NCBI GenBank assembly: GCA_951406725.2
Contig: OX597826.1
Coordinates: 47,554,001 to 47,618,000, forward strand
Reading direction: 5' to 3'
Source of the DNA: Octopus vulgaris
Lineage: Eukaryota
DNA length: 64,000 bases
In this document: positions 1 to 13,177 of the stretch, piece after piece
Layout of the letters: each line of letters starts with the position of its first letter
Numbering within the stretch: the stretch's first letter is position 1
Notes under the pieces: model-generated
Database searches by the model: none
Told to the model about the DNA's origin: nothing
What the model saw: only the letters and a program-made list of their open reading frames with translations
Translations under genes and position numbers: made by a program

Positions 1-275
1 AATATACGTAAGTACAGGACGCCACAACAAGACGTAGAAACGGAAAAAACAAAAAATTAACGACAAGTACAGGACAGGCTACACAAGGAAAAATCCAAAA
101 AATTTTTACAACAAGAAAGCAAGTACAGGACAAGCTACACAAGGAAAAATCCACCGTCATCAGCTGTCGCTAGTTAACTCAGGCGTGTTTCGAAGGCAAG
201 ACAGGATACTCGTTAACTGGGCCTTCCTGCGAGAGAATTAAAATAAAATTCCAAACAGCGGGGTAAAACGGGTAT
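1..275 (-). mobile_element. Interspersed repeat fragment, probably a Penelope-like pseudo-LTR remnant
   Basis: Shares AGTACAGGAC, ACACAAxGAAAAA and TCxTCAG...GTTTCGAAGG blocks with 13178-13545; ends at a (TA)n tract. Confidence 0.4.
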
Positions 276-439
276 TTATTTATATATGCATGTATATATA
301 CATGTAGATGTAGGTACATACATATATGTTTGTATGTATGCATATATTTTTAATTATCACATTATTGTCTGACAGCGCCCCGCGTCAGGTTCGTTTCGAT
401 TTGTCGGTTCGTTTCGATTTGTCGGTTCGTTCCACTTCA

Positions 440-489
<50 letters not shown>

Positions 490-493
<4 letters not shown>

Positions 494-760
494 ATATCCT
501 TCTATACATTGGATATACAGATATCACGAAACGGGGATAGATACAACTGTCTTCACACGACGTACTTTGAAATACTCCACTAAACACGATACTCCATTAA
601 ATACAAACTCTCAGCGATCTCAAAGACTTCCTACGACTTCCACGAACTCTCGACAACTCCTGCGACCTCTCTCTGCGTCTCAAACAATACGGTACTTTTC
701 ATAAGAGTTCGGCTAGTGCGTTCTTCCAATTCCACAGTAGTGTCAATGACTCTCGTCACA
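490..760 (-). mobile_element. Possible solo-LTR fragment
   Basis: Non-simple segment between (TA)n tracts whose minus strand starts TGTGACGAGAG, an LTR-like TG terminus. The other terminus and a TSD were not found. Confidence 0.25.
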
Positions 761-762
761 AC

Positions 763-856
<94 letters not shown>

Positions 857-912
857 AGATGAGAAAATATTAATCTAATAATATTATTATATATAATATA
901 ATCGAAATACTT

Positions 913-993
913 AATTTGAACTCAGAACGTAACGGCAGACTAAATGCCGCTAAGCATTTCGCCCGGCGTGCTAGCGATTCTGCCAGCTCACCA
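913..993 (-). mobile_element. SINE family A, tRNA-derived head fragment
   Basis: Reverse complement GAGCTGGCAGAATCGCTAGCACGCCGGGCGAAATG...GAGTTCAAATT matches the head of the copies at 34219 and 57077. Confidence 0.8.
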
Positions 994-1081
994 CCCTCAA
1001 ACTCGGATATATATATATATATATAATGTAAGACAAGGTATAAATAATGGTCATTACATAATTTTTAATTGCTGCAAATTT

Positions 1082-1205
1082 TGACTTACAGCTGTTTCCA
1101 GTGGTCACAATCGGTTCGTTATTGACAGGTTTATTCAATCAACCCATTGATCGATTGAAAAAAGTTGGACGACCTAGAGAATTAGTGCTACATTCGTGAG
1201 AGTCA
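1082..1205 (-). ncRNA. Degenerate type I hammerhead relic (core mutated)
   Basis: Minus strand: TGACT-CTCACGA (CUGANGA with G5>C)...GAAA-CAGCTG-TA-AGTCA. 5-bp stem I and palindromic stem III; stem II poorly paired. Confidence 0.35.
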
Positions 1206-2719
1206 TTTCTGGTCATAAGAAAGCAGAACACCGAAAGAATGGTACAGACATTGGGAAATAAGCGAAGCGAAGCAATAAGTATAAATATAGGATAGGCTAC
1301 TTATAATATATATATATACATACAGACATTTATATATGCATACGTCTATGCGTGTATAAAATGAATACACAGTGATATGTAAATAATTATATGTTACAGA
1401 TTTAACTATAATTATATATGTAAATATGCACCTAAATATATTGTGAGACACATTGATATTCTGCAAGTAATTAGATAATTAAGTAAAATCATAAAAAGAA
1501 ACCCAGACAAACAATAACTATATTAGGTTCTGAGGATCTTGTACTTTAGGTGTGCATTAAGAGTTGTCCATCAGCTTTATTACATCATCCTTCAGAGTCT
1601 GCTCATTTTTTACCATCTCTGATTCATCTCTATAGTCACCGTTTTCTTATTTATCTGTTTACCTACCAATTCTTACTGATTTTGACACAAGGCATGTAAT
1701 TTTAGGCTTAATTTGATAATATTGACGCCAGTATTATTTTAGTACAGATGGATAAAAAGTATTTTAGTACAGATGAATAAAAAAGCAAACTTGACTTCGA
1801 TAGGAACTGAACTTAGAGCGTTAGAATTCGAAAGAAATGACACTAACCATTGTGTCCGACACGCTAGCGATTCTGCCAGCTCACTATGGATAACAATACA
1901 GACACACACACACACGCACACATAGGGGACGTTACGTATGAGTGGATGTGGTGTGCAAACATATATATATATAGGCATGTATGTGCGTGTGTGGTTATAT
2001 ATGAGTGAATATGTGTCTGCTTCGGTATTATTTCTAAGTTTGTATAAAGGTAGACAATAATAGCGTTGAACAAGGCTTCTTATTCATTTTTACATTCTTT
2101 CTTCTTCCTTTTGTATTTTCTTTTTCTCTATTTTTCATATTTTATTCATTTATTCACTTATTTAACACGTATTCCTTATTCTTTTCGATTCCCTTTTTAT
2201 TTGTATTCACTCGCTACATCATGAATCACGTTTGTAATATGGGACAGAAAATAGATATTTCTTGAAGAAAAAATATAATGCCTGCTCAACGGAGCAAATC
2301 TGAGTTTGTGAAAGACATAAAAAGGAGGTAACACTAACAAAAACTTAGTCGTTGTTCCATGCAATGAAGCAAAGCTTTCGCACTTCAACAATACACATAG
2401 TTTGTTTTTCACAGTTAGTCGTTATAACCATACTGCAATGCTGACATACTAGACATAATATTACGCTAATTAATTTATAAATAGAATAGCTTGCTTCAGA
2501 TATAATAGGATTTTTTTCCAAGCCCTAGATAAACTAAAGAACTTACCTTAATCGCTCTAAGGTTAATTGATAATAACGAAAAGAGAGGAAAATGTGACAG
2601 ATTCAATTTACAGATATTTTAGAAGTACTATTATGAATTTCTTAAATTTTTAAGATTCATTTTGATTTACGTTTAAGACAAATCGCTTTCCTTATTGGAT
2701 CTTCATGTCATTTATATCC

Positions 2720-2920
2720 TTTATCTTTTGCGTGTTTCAATCATTAGACTGCGGCCATAGTGGGGTACGGCCTTTTATTTTTTTAATCATTGTACTTATT
2801 CTGTTGGTCTCTTTTGCCCACCAGCAAGGTTATGGCGACACAGAGACATCAACAATGGTTTCAAGCGGTGGGGGTGAAAAAACACAGATATAAAGAAACA
2901 CACCGACCCCCATCCCCGCC
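2720..2920 (-). mobile_element. SINE family B, 3' part, diverged
   Basis: TTTCAATCATTAGACTGCGGCCAT...GTACTTATTCTGTTGGTCTCTTTTGCC matches the family B tail. Confidence 0.65.
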
Positions 2921-2924
2921 TATG

Positions 2925-3023
<99 letters not shown>

Positions 3024-3303
3024 ATTATGAACGGTAAGATATCAAAAGAATGTTTATGAATTTGTGTTGAAAGACTCCTGATATGAAACCGCATGTTGAA
3101 ACAGCTGTATTTCGGGATGGTTATTTTATTTTCAGTTATCGCCAAGCTAATATGGCAGTCCATAAATATAGGACGTAAGCTGCCGTTGATTAGCTCCAAG
3201 AGGCCATCGCATCTAGCTAGCTATATGACACACGAACCTGTGTCCATTATAATCTTCGAACAGGGGAGGTCAGCCGCTTCCCACGCACTATATATTCATT
3301 CTT

Positions 3304-3513
3304 CATTCGTTTATTGCTATTCTTATTTTAACTCATATCCATTGTCCGGAATTTTTCGTCACACATTTGTGGCCTCTTCAGCGACACTTTTCGTTGAGAT
3401 TGGACTAAGTGGAGCAGGAGTACACACGAGGACGGAAAGTATTGCTGTAGAGATTACAAATGTGTGACGAAAGATTTCCGGACAATGGAAATAAGAATAG
3501 TAATAAACGAGTG
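3304..3513. mobile_element. Penelope-like remnant with inverted repeat (3304-3370 / 3456-3513)
   Basis: About 60-bp inverted arms; the left arm extends into a hammerhead motif, as in inverted PLE pseudo-LTRs. Confidence 0.6.
3344..3385 (-). ncRNA. Minimal type I hammerhead motif, slightly degenerate
   Basis: Minus strand GTCG-CTGAAGA-G-GCCACA-aatg-TGTGAC-GAAA-AAT-TC-CGGAC. The inverted copy reads GAAA-GATT-TC-CGGAC. Confidence 0.55.
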
Positions 3514-3544
3514 CAGAACGAATACACACACACACACACATGTC

Positions 3545-3718
3545 GATCTTCTTTCAAGATCCGTCAACCAAATCCACTCACAAGGCTCTGGTCGGCCTGA
3601 AGACACTTGCAGAAGACACTTGCAGAAGACACTTTCCCAAGATGCCATCCAATGGGACTGAACACGGAACCATGTTGTTAGGAAGCAACAAGCTTCTTAC
3701 CACACAGCCACGCCTGCA
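3545..3718 (-). mobile_element. SINE family B, 5' half
   Basis: AAATCCACTCACAAGGCT...GGGACTGAAC...CTTACCACACAGCCACGCCTGC is the reverse complement of the tRNA-like head with A and B boxes. Confidence 0.8.
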
Positions 3719-3752
3719 GCTGTTATTGAAGTAATGTTGAATTAAATCCGCT

Positions 3753-3803
<51 letters not shown>

Positions 3804-4095
3804 CGTATGAACCTTTCTATCTAAGTATAAAAATGAAAATCAACTAAAATTAAAAATAGCCGTTTTAATGGCGCATACTTGAAATTTAGATTCTAAAGAT
3901 ATTTTAGTAGTGTCTCGTCTTGATTCATCAATTTTGGGTCAAGATATTGGTTGCGGGGCGGGGGCGTCAAAATATAGGGCACATCTTAAGAAACTTAATC
4001 TGATGGAGCCCATCAAGCACCAGTACTGACCACAGCTAATTTCTTTCCATAAATTGAAAATAAATCAATAGATTGATTGATAGACAGACAGATTG

Positions 4096-4129
<34 letters not shown>

Positions 4130-4482
4130 AAAGAGAGATAGGAAAAAGAAAGAGAGGGAAGAAACAGAGAGAGGGAAGAAACAGAGAGAGGGAAGAAACA
4201 GAGAGAGGGCTTGAGAGAGAGAGAGAGTAGAATCTACCCCATTATTGAACTGGTGCTTTATTTATTGACCTTTAAAGGAGCTTTTGGCTGATATTACAGA
4301 GAGCTGTAACGAATACCGCTGGGTATTTATTATCCTGTGCCATCTTCTAACGTCTCTAATATTTCAACGCCTTCAGAGCAGAGATAATACAATAATAGAT
4401 AAAACAAATTATGAAGTGGTGAAAAGAGAGTATTATCACAATTAATTATGTGGTAAAGTGCGGGTGACAGCTCTTGACATGC

Positions 4483-4512
4483 GACTGTTTCAGTCTTATC
4501 AGACGTCATCAG
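4483..4512 (-). ncRNA. Partial hammerhead core
   Basis: Minus strand CTGATGA-C-GTC-tgataa-GAC-T-GAAA-CA-GTC. Core boxes, stem II and a GUC triplet are present; stem I does not pair. Confidence 0.3.
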
Positions 4513-5354
4513 TAAAGTTTTAGCCTTATAGCAATTCACTGTTGAAGTAGCAATGAATGAAATCCACTCATTCGTTACTTTATTTACCGTAGCCGTGAAG
4601 CACTTGTAGAAATACATTATTGCATTTTAGAATATTGATGTTAATTTTCAAATTGTCTGCTTCAGTTTAACCCTCGTAATTTCGGATTAATTTCTCTTAT
4701 TTATTTATTTACTTATTTATTTATCTATTTATTTATTGCATCGTGTGCAATAAGTGTGTTTTAAAAAATACTAATTAATCTTAGCAAGTTTCGTATGATA
4801 TTGTTCTAAGAAATATCTTTTGTGTTGGGTGTATTTTAAATTTTATTTGTGATCGTTTCAACGCACGCGCACACATATTGGTTGAAATTTATTTAATGAA
4901 AAATATGATTGATGCAAATTTTTCCATACATCAATCGATATTTTTAATTCATAACTTTCGTTTTGTACTATGTAGGCGCAAACGAATTTTGCTTACTTTA
5001 AATGTACCGACAAGATTAAGTGTAGGATTAAACAAAATGATTTAAATTTTTATGTATAATTAAATATGACAAAAAAATTATAAGATGAATATAGAAAGGA
5101 GTTGGAAAAATTAAAAGCGTAACCGGAAACTATTACAATCACTGCCTGAGGAAAACACTTATGGTTTCATATAAAGCGAAACAACACACAAATACACACA
5201 CATATAACTATGTAATATGTGTCCTCTATGTACGTGTAAGCGAGTAACTATATACCTATATGCTTTCTCCAGTGATGAAACACTTCAAGTTAAGGCTCTG
5301 ACGAAGCTGTACGATATTCTACTGACACACAATTCTGGATACATAGCTCCTTAT

Positions 5355-5720
5355 ACGCGTAGCTGTGTGGTAAGAAGCTTGCTTCTCAACCACATGATTC
5401 CGGGTTCAGTTTCACTACGTAGCACTTTGGACAATTATCTTCAGCCATAGACCCGGGTCGACCAAATTCTTGGGAGTGGAGTTGGTAGATGAAAACTTAA
5501 AGATCGACAGATATATAAATATATCTTTTACTTGTCTCTATCATTAGATAGCAGCCATACTGACACACCACCTTCAGGAATTTCAATCGAGCGTATCGAA
5601 CCCAGTACTTTTTTTTTTACTTATTCTACTGGAATTTGTGCCGAACCGCTAAGTTACGGTACGTAAACATTAAAATCGGTTGTTGGACGGTGGTCGGAGA
5701 CAAACAGACAAAATCATACA
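5355..5720. mobile_element. Two diverged SINE family B fragments (head on +, tail on -)
   Basis: GCTGTGTGGTAAGAAGCTTGCTT...GGGTTCAGT head at 5355-5500; CCGAACCGCTAAGTTACGG tail part at 5525-5720. Confidence 0.7.
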
Positions 5721-5756
5721 CACGTATGATTAAACTCACTCATACAATCCCATATA

Positions 5757-6685
5757 TTGGGTCATCCCATAAACAATGCGGTTTTTTTTTATAGTTTCTT
5801 TTTTATTTTTCAAAATTAAGATAAACAAATTTCTTTTTTAATCTAAAATATACTCTCCTTCATTTTCTACAATGCTCTTCCATCTTTCTGGTAGATTTTC
5901 AAGGCCTCTCTTCCAAAATCCACATATCTGTGACAAAAGATACTCCTCCACTACCGTTCTGACCTCGTCTACAGAATTCATATTTTTTCCATCAAGATGA
6001 TTTTGAAGACTGCGGAATAAATAACAATCAGTTGGGGCAATGCCTGGCGAATATGGTGGGTGGGACATCGTTTCCCATTCAAACTGTTCCAGCCTTTGGA
6101 ATGTCATCCTCGCTGTATGTGACCGAGAATTATCGTGATAGAAAAACACCTTTCGTCTTGAAACCAAAGACGGTCATTTTTCTTCAGGCGCAGATGTCGA
6201 TGAATAGTTGAATGACCAAATCCAAGCTTCTCCGTCAGCTGCTCAACAGTTACGATGGGATTTTATTCCATCAGGGTGTGCAGGACGTCCTCGTCGGGCG
6301 CCACAAATCTTGCAGGACGTGGCTTGTCTTCTAGGCTGTAGTTTCCGGATCGAAATTTCTGAAACTACCATTGACACTGGGTTATGCTTATTGTCCGATC
6401 CCCTTATACTACATCAATATTCCTCGCACTTTCCGTTGCGTTGTTGCCTTTATTGAACTCATAAAGTAAAATATGCCGAATATGCTCCTTTGTCACTTCC
6501 ATTTTAGCTTTGAAAAAATAACTGTCAAAATCGAACTGCACTCTTCAAAACTTGCCCTAAGAATGAGCACAAAGTAAAATTAGCACCTGCTTTTATCGCA
6601 AGTTGATGAAAATAACTTATCCCGTCCGTCTCTGACTTTTAGTTCAAGCAATTGAAAAAACCGCATTATTTACGGGTTGATCCAA
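5757..6685 (-). mobile_element. mariner (DD34D) transposon, internally deleted
   Basis: TIRs TTGGGTCATCCCATAAACAATGCGGTTTTT / AAAAACCGCATTATTTACGGGTTGATCCAA with TA flanks. ORF 5838-6167 has HDNSRSH and HPPYSPGIAPTD..LF motifs. Same family as 18827-20061. Confidence 0.95.
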
Positions 6686-7570
6686 TACATATCTCCATAT
6701 AAATGCATGTGTTTCTCTGCATGAATGTGTATGTATATGATGCACTCCTATATACATGTAGGTATGCATTCATGGATGTATACATTTATAAATTGGCAAA
6801 CATTGAACTGATAATTCTGTAAGAAAAAATGTTTAGGACTCATGTTTTGTCTTCGATTACAGAGATTTTACTGACTCTAATACAGTCATTGGGAAAGCCA
6901 TAAACAACACATAAACAACGCACATTTCTTATTCCAATGAATTTCATACAGATGTCTGTTCATTAAAGAAACTGGCTTTCTTACTGCTTGATAAATATTT
7001 ATCAATAGTGAATATTTATATATGTATATATGTGTGCATGTGTGTGTATGTATATATGTGTATATATATGTATGTATATATATATATATATACATACATA
7101 TATATATATGTGTATGTATGTATGCATGTATGTATGTGTGTGTATGTATGTATGTATGTATGTATATGTATATGTGTATGTGTGTGTGCGTGGGTGTAGA
7201 GAAAGAAAGAGATACATACATACACACATATATACATATATATATATTAGTAAAATTATGTCATTTTTTTACATTAGGTTTCTTATAACTTTTAGGGTCA
7301 AGGTTATTTGACTTTTTCCTTCTTTTTTCTTTCATAGTTTTAAGACTGCATGTAGTACTGAAATTGAATGTAATAATTATCATTTAATGTGTATGCCTTT
7401 AGATGTGTGTGTGTATGTATGTATGTATGTATGTATGTATATATGTATGTATGTATGTATGTACGTGTGTGTTTGTGTATAAAATGCAAGCTATAGGAAA
7501 TATACTATTACATGTATACATTTGCTATATTATTAGCATTATCCTACGTTTGAGAATAAAATTATTCCTT

Positions 7571-7628
<58 letters not shown>

Positions 7629-7688
7629 GTGTGTGTGTGTGTGTGTATAAATGAAAGAATGGAGTCGAACGAAGATGTTAACAAAATT

Positions 7689-7781
7689 CCTTTACTCTCG
7701 ACATATGTTTCGAAGACAACATGCTTTCATTCCAAAGGAATAAAGGGTGCATTATGCAATCTTCTCATCAGGAAAGAAAGG
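7689..7781 (-). ncRNA. Type I hammerhead ribozyme, apparently intact
   Basis: CTTTC-CTGATGA-GAAGA-(long loop)-TCTTC-GAAA-CATATG-TC-GAGAG: full core, 5-bp stem II, palindromic stem III, GUC site, 5-bp stem I with one G.U. Confidence 0.88.
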
Positions 7782-8071
7782 GAGCCTCTCTCGACAACAA
7801 GACAAACAAAAATTTCGATGACTGCCGACATGGTAAACAAAGCGATAATGAGTGTTTTTTAAAAAAAACCGTTAGAAGAATTGACGTCAAAGATAGAGTT
7901 GCAAATGTTACAAATCTCCTGCCCTTATCAAAAGGAAAGGATACAGACAGTATGAACCAATCTAACTTGAAATTTATATTGTTGTCTTTAAGACGCGAAA
8001 CTAATTTACTTAGCCCTGTACTATGTCGTTTTTTACTATCCCTGAATGTTGAATAATGGTTTGAAATTCTC

Positions 8072-8505
8072 TTGGATAACTGGGAAGTGGCCGACCAATT
8101 CCCGGACATCTGTGGAGTTCTTTATCGCGACGATTGTCTGCTTTACCTCCAAAACGTTTCGAACCAAAAAATACAGAAGGTTAAGAACAGATTAGTTAGG
8201 TTTTTTAGTATAATGGGCTTGCGCATCGTTTTTGACGATGAATTGACTAAAGCCAACTTCTTAGACATTACCCTCAATTTGCAGAATAACTCATACTTCC
8301 CTTATCATAAACCTTCCACAAATCTTAAGTATATTAGCATTTTCAGTAATCATGCAAGGCCAATTACCGATAATTTAGTCAAAAACATATCTCTGAGACT
8401 GTCTAAATTATCTGCTAATGTCGACATCTTTAACCAAAAGGCAGACTTCTATAACGCCGCCTTGTTAAGAGCCGGTTATAAGGAGAAAGTGTCATACATA
8501 GATTC
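8072..8505 (+). pseudogene. Penelope-type reverse transcriptase C-terminal and thumb fragment
   Basis: LYRDD, NFLDITL, PYHKP, YI...SNH, RLSKLS and ALLRAGY motifs typical of PLE RT. The RT N-terminus and the GIY-YIG endonuclease are absent. Confidence 0.9.
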
Positions 8506-8658
8506 AGCTCATTCTAAACCAACATCTGCTTCTCTTCTTACTATCTATCTTTGACGTCAATTCTTCTAAACTTTTTTTTAAAAAACACTCATTATCGCTT
8601 TGTTTACCATGTAGGCAGTCATCGAAATTTTTGTTTGTCTTGTTGTCGAGAGAGGCTC

Positions 8659-8752
8659 CCTTTCTTTCCTGATGAGAAGATTGCATAATGCACCCTTTAT
8701 TCCTTTAGGAATGAAAACATGTTGTCTTCGAAACATATGTCGATAGTAAAGG
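8659..8752 (+). ncRNA. Type I hammerhead ribozyme, second pseudo-LTR copy
   Basis: CTGATGA at 8669-8675, GAAGA/TCTTC stem II, GAAA at 8730-8733, CATATG, predicted cleavage after C8741. One mismatch in stem I (GATAG). Confidence 0.85.
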
Positions 8753-8944
8753 AATTTTGTTAACATCTTCGTTCGACTCCATTCTTTCATTTATTCATGT
8801 ACAACACACAAATTTCTGCACATGAACACGGAGTTTCTACCCTTGGACAGGTCGCTTCAACCGTGTTTCTGACGTGAATTTGCTACCCAGGTTTCGGTTA
8901 AACGAATTTTCCATGCTGACGATAAACATAGGATAATTCATTCA

Positions 8945-9038
<94 letters not shown>

Positions 9039-9070
9039 TAGAAAAATAGATAGATAGATAAATATGTATG

Positions 9071-9147
<77 letters not shown>

Positions 9148-12100
9148 ATAATGTATATGTAAATATATATATATATTTATTTATTTATTTATATACCTGT
9201 ATATATATATATGTTTTGTATTTGCTCTTCTCTCTAACAATTGTACCATTACTCCGAATTCAATTTTCTTTGTTTATAATACATAATGTTCTGTTCACTA
9301 TCTCATAACGCAGTCTGTTTCTTATACAATGTTCCACACTTAGAAGACATTCCGAGTAAGTGTCTAGGAGCGAATTTATGCACGTCACATCTTCGTGTCA
9401 GACACGGCTAGAAAACCCTTGTGATGTTGTTCTGTAATGGTTTAGAATGCCTCCAGCAACAAGTAGACAGCTGACTTTCTCTGAAGCTTACCCACTTAAC
9501 AACCAATAGTTTTCTCTCTGTATGGTAATAACAACAACTCTAATATAATTGTTTCAATGTTCACCACTGCCAGTTCGTTATGTAACGAGTCGTCTTTATT
9601 TATTTCACCTCTTTTACCTTCTGTATGAACAATGGAATAACTGCTCATAGCTTAATAGAAAGAGTTAGATTGAGAAAGAAAAAAATCCTCAAGTTACTGT
9701 GCTAGAGGTGAGTGTTTCGCACCACGGGACATCCTCACAGACCACAGTGCTGTGCTGTGCATAACAATGCGGATACTTCGGATGACACACTTGGTTATAT
9801 CTCACTCTATTGAATCCCAATCGTTTTCTGGAGACGACACTTAACTGTCACTCGTACCCATTCATACATCACACAACTGGTACTCTTTTTTGCCCGGGGA
9901 TAAAAAAAAATACATTCGCATGCATACAAAAGATAATTCGGTTTATTTCAAACTTACGAAGCTCTAAAAAGAAAGAAACCTGTACATGACATCAAAACGT
10001 TTATAATATGTCTAAAAAATACAAAAAAGAACTATTTCTATAACTTGGTCTTCATTGTTGTAGAAAATGGAAGTGTGTTGTTTAGAGTCACAATATTACA
10101 GCATTTAATAATTTCACTAATATCACCAACATACCAAGACACTAAAATAAACCAACATTACAAACATTAATAGATTACTGTTCCACACCAGATTAGAAAC
10201 TGCCAGAAGTACCAATTGTCATAGCAGTTACTAAAGAATGGGAGCAAAAATACACACAGTTAAACCTGGTTCTTTATGTTCAGTTTTATTTCTCATGACT
10301 AATTTCTATAGCGATTATAACGATTTCGACTGAATTCATCACTTGGGAGATTATTTCCCAAGACTCAGTAATTATTGCATAATTTTATAACATTGTGTTT
10401 CTTTTGTTGTGGAAATTTGCATGAAAAATTCATCGGTCGTGTCCACAATGGAATGTCACTGGTGTATTTAAATTTGAGTTGGAAGGAAATAATCTGAGGC
10501 CATAAAAACTACTTATGGTATCCTTCAGGGAATTTTCAGGCAATGTTTTTGTTTTTTCAGTGTTTCAAAGAAAAGCAAAGAAAACAGTAATAATAACAAC
10601 GAGAATAACAACAAAGAAAATTACAGATTCAGTTGTTGTTTACTTTTTGTATTTTTTTTTCTGTTTCTTCGTTAACGTGAATTGTTGAGACAAAATACAA
10701 AAAATAAAATAAAGTAAAATAAAATATAATAAAATAAAATAAAAATTCTTGAAAGATTTCTGAACTTAAACCAGAAGTAAACATTCTCTGGGGACTCACG
10801 TTATTTGCTTTGTAAAGTCGAAAGACAAAAACAAAAAATAAAAAAAGACGAATATAAAAACAACTAAATTATAATTTGGAGCATAAATTCCATATCATTT
10901 AATATTAAAACTAAAACATTTATCAAAGAATAAAAAAAATGTTGTTCATCTTTAATGAAATCTCACACTTCTTTATAATGAAAGAGACTGGTATTTATTT
11001 ATATCTTTCAAGCGTAGAGATCATATATTGCTGGAAAATATATGAAAAATATGAAGCAGAATATAGTATTTCTATTCTAAATTCGTAACAAAGGAGAATA
11101 AAAGAACAAGGGAATGTGATATTCTTTACTGCAGGGAATTTCCCAGCACCCTTCTTTTTTCTTTCAAATTTAAAAAATAAGCGTATTTTGCTTTAGATGT
11201 ATTGTGCCTATATTACTGAAAGCTGCTCTGTGGATTTACTGTGATTTACTTTTGGTTAAGTTTATCTGGTGTCTTGTATTATAATATTTATCCTTAGAGG
11301 AGAATATGGTATAAATGTAAAATGAGTATGGCACTGCAACGCTTGATAGGTTTCTAATCTTTTTTCATATTTCAAGTGGTTGTTGCTTTTATATATGATT
11401 ACTGCTATATATTCCAATGGATTAGTTAATTGGTTTCTTTCACCTGAGATAAATCCTTCTGTGGATTCTACGGTGTGAGATGAGAGACAGAGAGAGAGAG
11501 ACAGAGAGGGTCGAAGACACAGAGATAGAGAAAGACAGTCGAAGACAGAGACAGACAGACAGCGAGGAGGAGAGAGAGACGAAGTAACTTGGAGGTCCAT
11601 GTGAAAGTAGGACGAGCATTAATAGACAGTCTTGATAAGATAGTAACAACCAATCGAAACTAATCCAGCTATTCCTGGGTTCGTTCTTGAGGGAGAGAGA
11701 GAGAGAGAGAGAGAGAGTGAGTGAGTGAGTGAGTGAGTGAGTGTGAGACTCGTCTGATTAAACAATGAAGTGATTACAGTGAGTCTGAATATGCATCTAG
11801 CGAACGTACATTTGTGGGCTTATTCACAATATATTCAAATATTTACTTTCTTATGTTAGTACTTTAGTTCCGAAGCGTACTCTGAACCAATCAGTCACTC
11901 CCCGAGTTAGTGAATTAATGTCGCAAACACAAGATCATAATTATCAAAAGACAAGAATACAATTTATTACATAAACATTACTATGTAGATATTACCATTG
12001 TTATTCTTGTTTTAAACATAAACCAGCTTGATTATCAGATAAATTAACATCAAACGTATCCAACTAGGGTCATATTTTTTTTAAATACGTTGTATCTAAT

Positions 12101-12472
12101 ACTACATTATCCAATGAGTCATACCAATTAACCTTGGCGCTTTATAAAATGATAAAAAGTTACTTGACGAAATTGTTATTGATACCAGCGACCACAAAGA
12201 GGCTTTCTTCATTGGCTTTATATCTGTGTATCAATGTGTTATCCGGCTCAGTTAACAACATGTAACCAGACATTGTTATTAATTTTATATTTTGGAATAG
12301 CGTAATATTTATCTTTGTTTGTATCAGGTATCAACTGTGTTTTATAAGATTACGTATGGTCTATCAAACTGCTCACCAGGCGTATGTAAGTACGTGTAGT
12401 ATGTAGGTACATGTAGCATGTATGTGTGCAACTATGCATTTATATCTGCATATATATGGTGTGTGTGTATAT

Positions 12473-12515
<43 letters not shown>

Positions 12516-12621
12516 AGCAAGCATATTTGTATATGTGCTAATATATGTATATATGTATTTTTATATGAGTGTATGCTTTTCTCTCTATTTTTCTCCATCT
12601 CTGTTTATTTATGAGTGCATG

Positions 12622-12674
<53 letters not shown>

Positions 12675-12952
12675 ATGTATAATTATTCAAAGGACATACT
12701 AAATATGTCTACCTGATAGAAATATCAGTCAATACTCTTATTTAAATCGCCAAAATATACTGATAATAATTACAGAAATCAACCAATATTTAGTATGTTC
12801 TTTGATTAATTTTAATCCTTCAGCTACTTGATGCTTTCTGTGGGGCCTGCAAACGCCTATATTATTGATTCTGTTATTATAATTTTTAAATTGTTACACA
12901 CGATAATAACAGAGTCAATGTTATTTTTTCTTGAATTTTTTACTCCATTGGA

Positions 12953-12996
<44 letters not shown>

Positions 12997-13038
12997 CGGC
13001 GTACGTACACTTTGTTTTCTTATATGTAAGTACACATT

Positions 13039-13098
<60 letters not shown>

Positions 13099-13177
13099 TA
13101 AATAAAATAAAACATATGCATATATATAAACATATATGTACGTACCTACCTCTACATGTACATATACACGCATATAT

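Larger units (their letters stand above)
7647..8945 (+). mobile_element. Penelope-like retroelement, truncated, with inverted pseudo-LTRs (7647-7897 / 8544-8794)
   Basis: About 250-bp near-identical inverted repeat flanking a reverse transcriptase fragment; both arms carry a hammerhead; embedded in (GT)n and (TA)n. Confidence 0.93.

Noticed and set aside
1082-1600. Split hammerhead pairing GAAACAGCTGTA (1087-1098) with CTGAAGG near 1590
   Set aside because: Stem II cannot form; the nearer box at 1194-1205 gives a better, though still dead, fit.
3093-3467. 124-aa ORF with a hydrophobic N-terminus
   Set aside because: Runs through a repeat remnant and inverted repeat; no recognisable domain.
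5146-5320. CTGAGGA..GAAAC and CTGACGA motifs as hammerheads
   Set aside because: No cleavage triplet with paired stems I and III.
9240-11400. Conserved bilaterian miRNA in the unique island
   Set aside because: No match by eye to mature sequences I remember; only weak hairpins, such as the one near 10493-10530.
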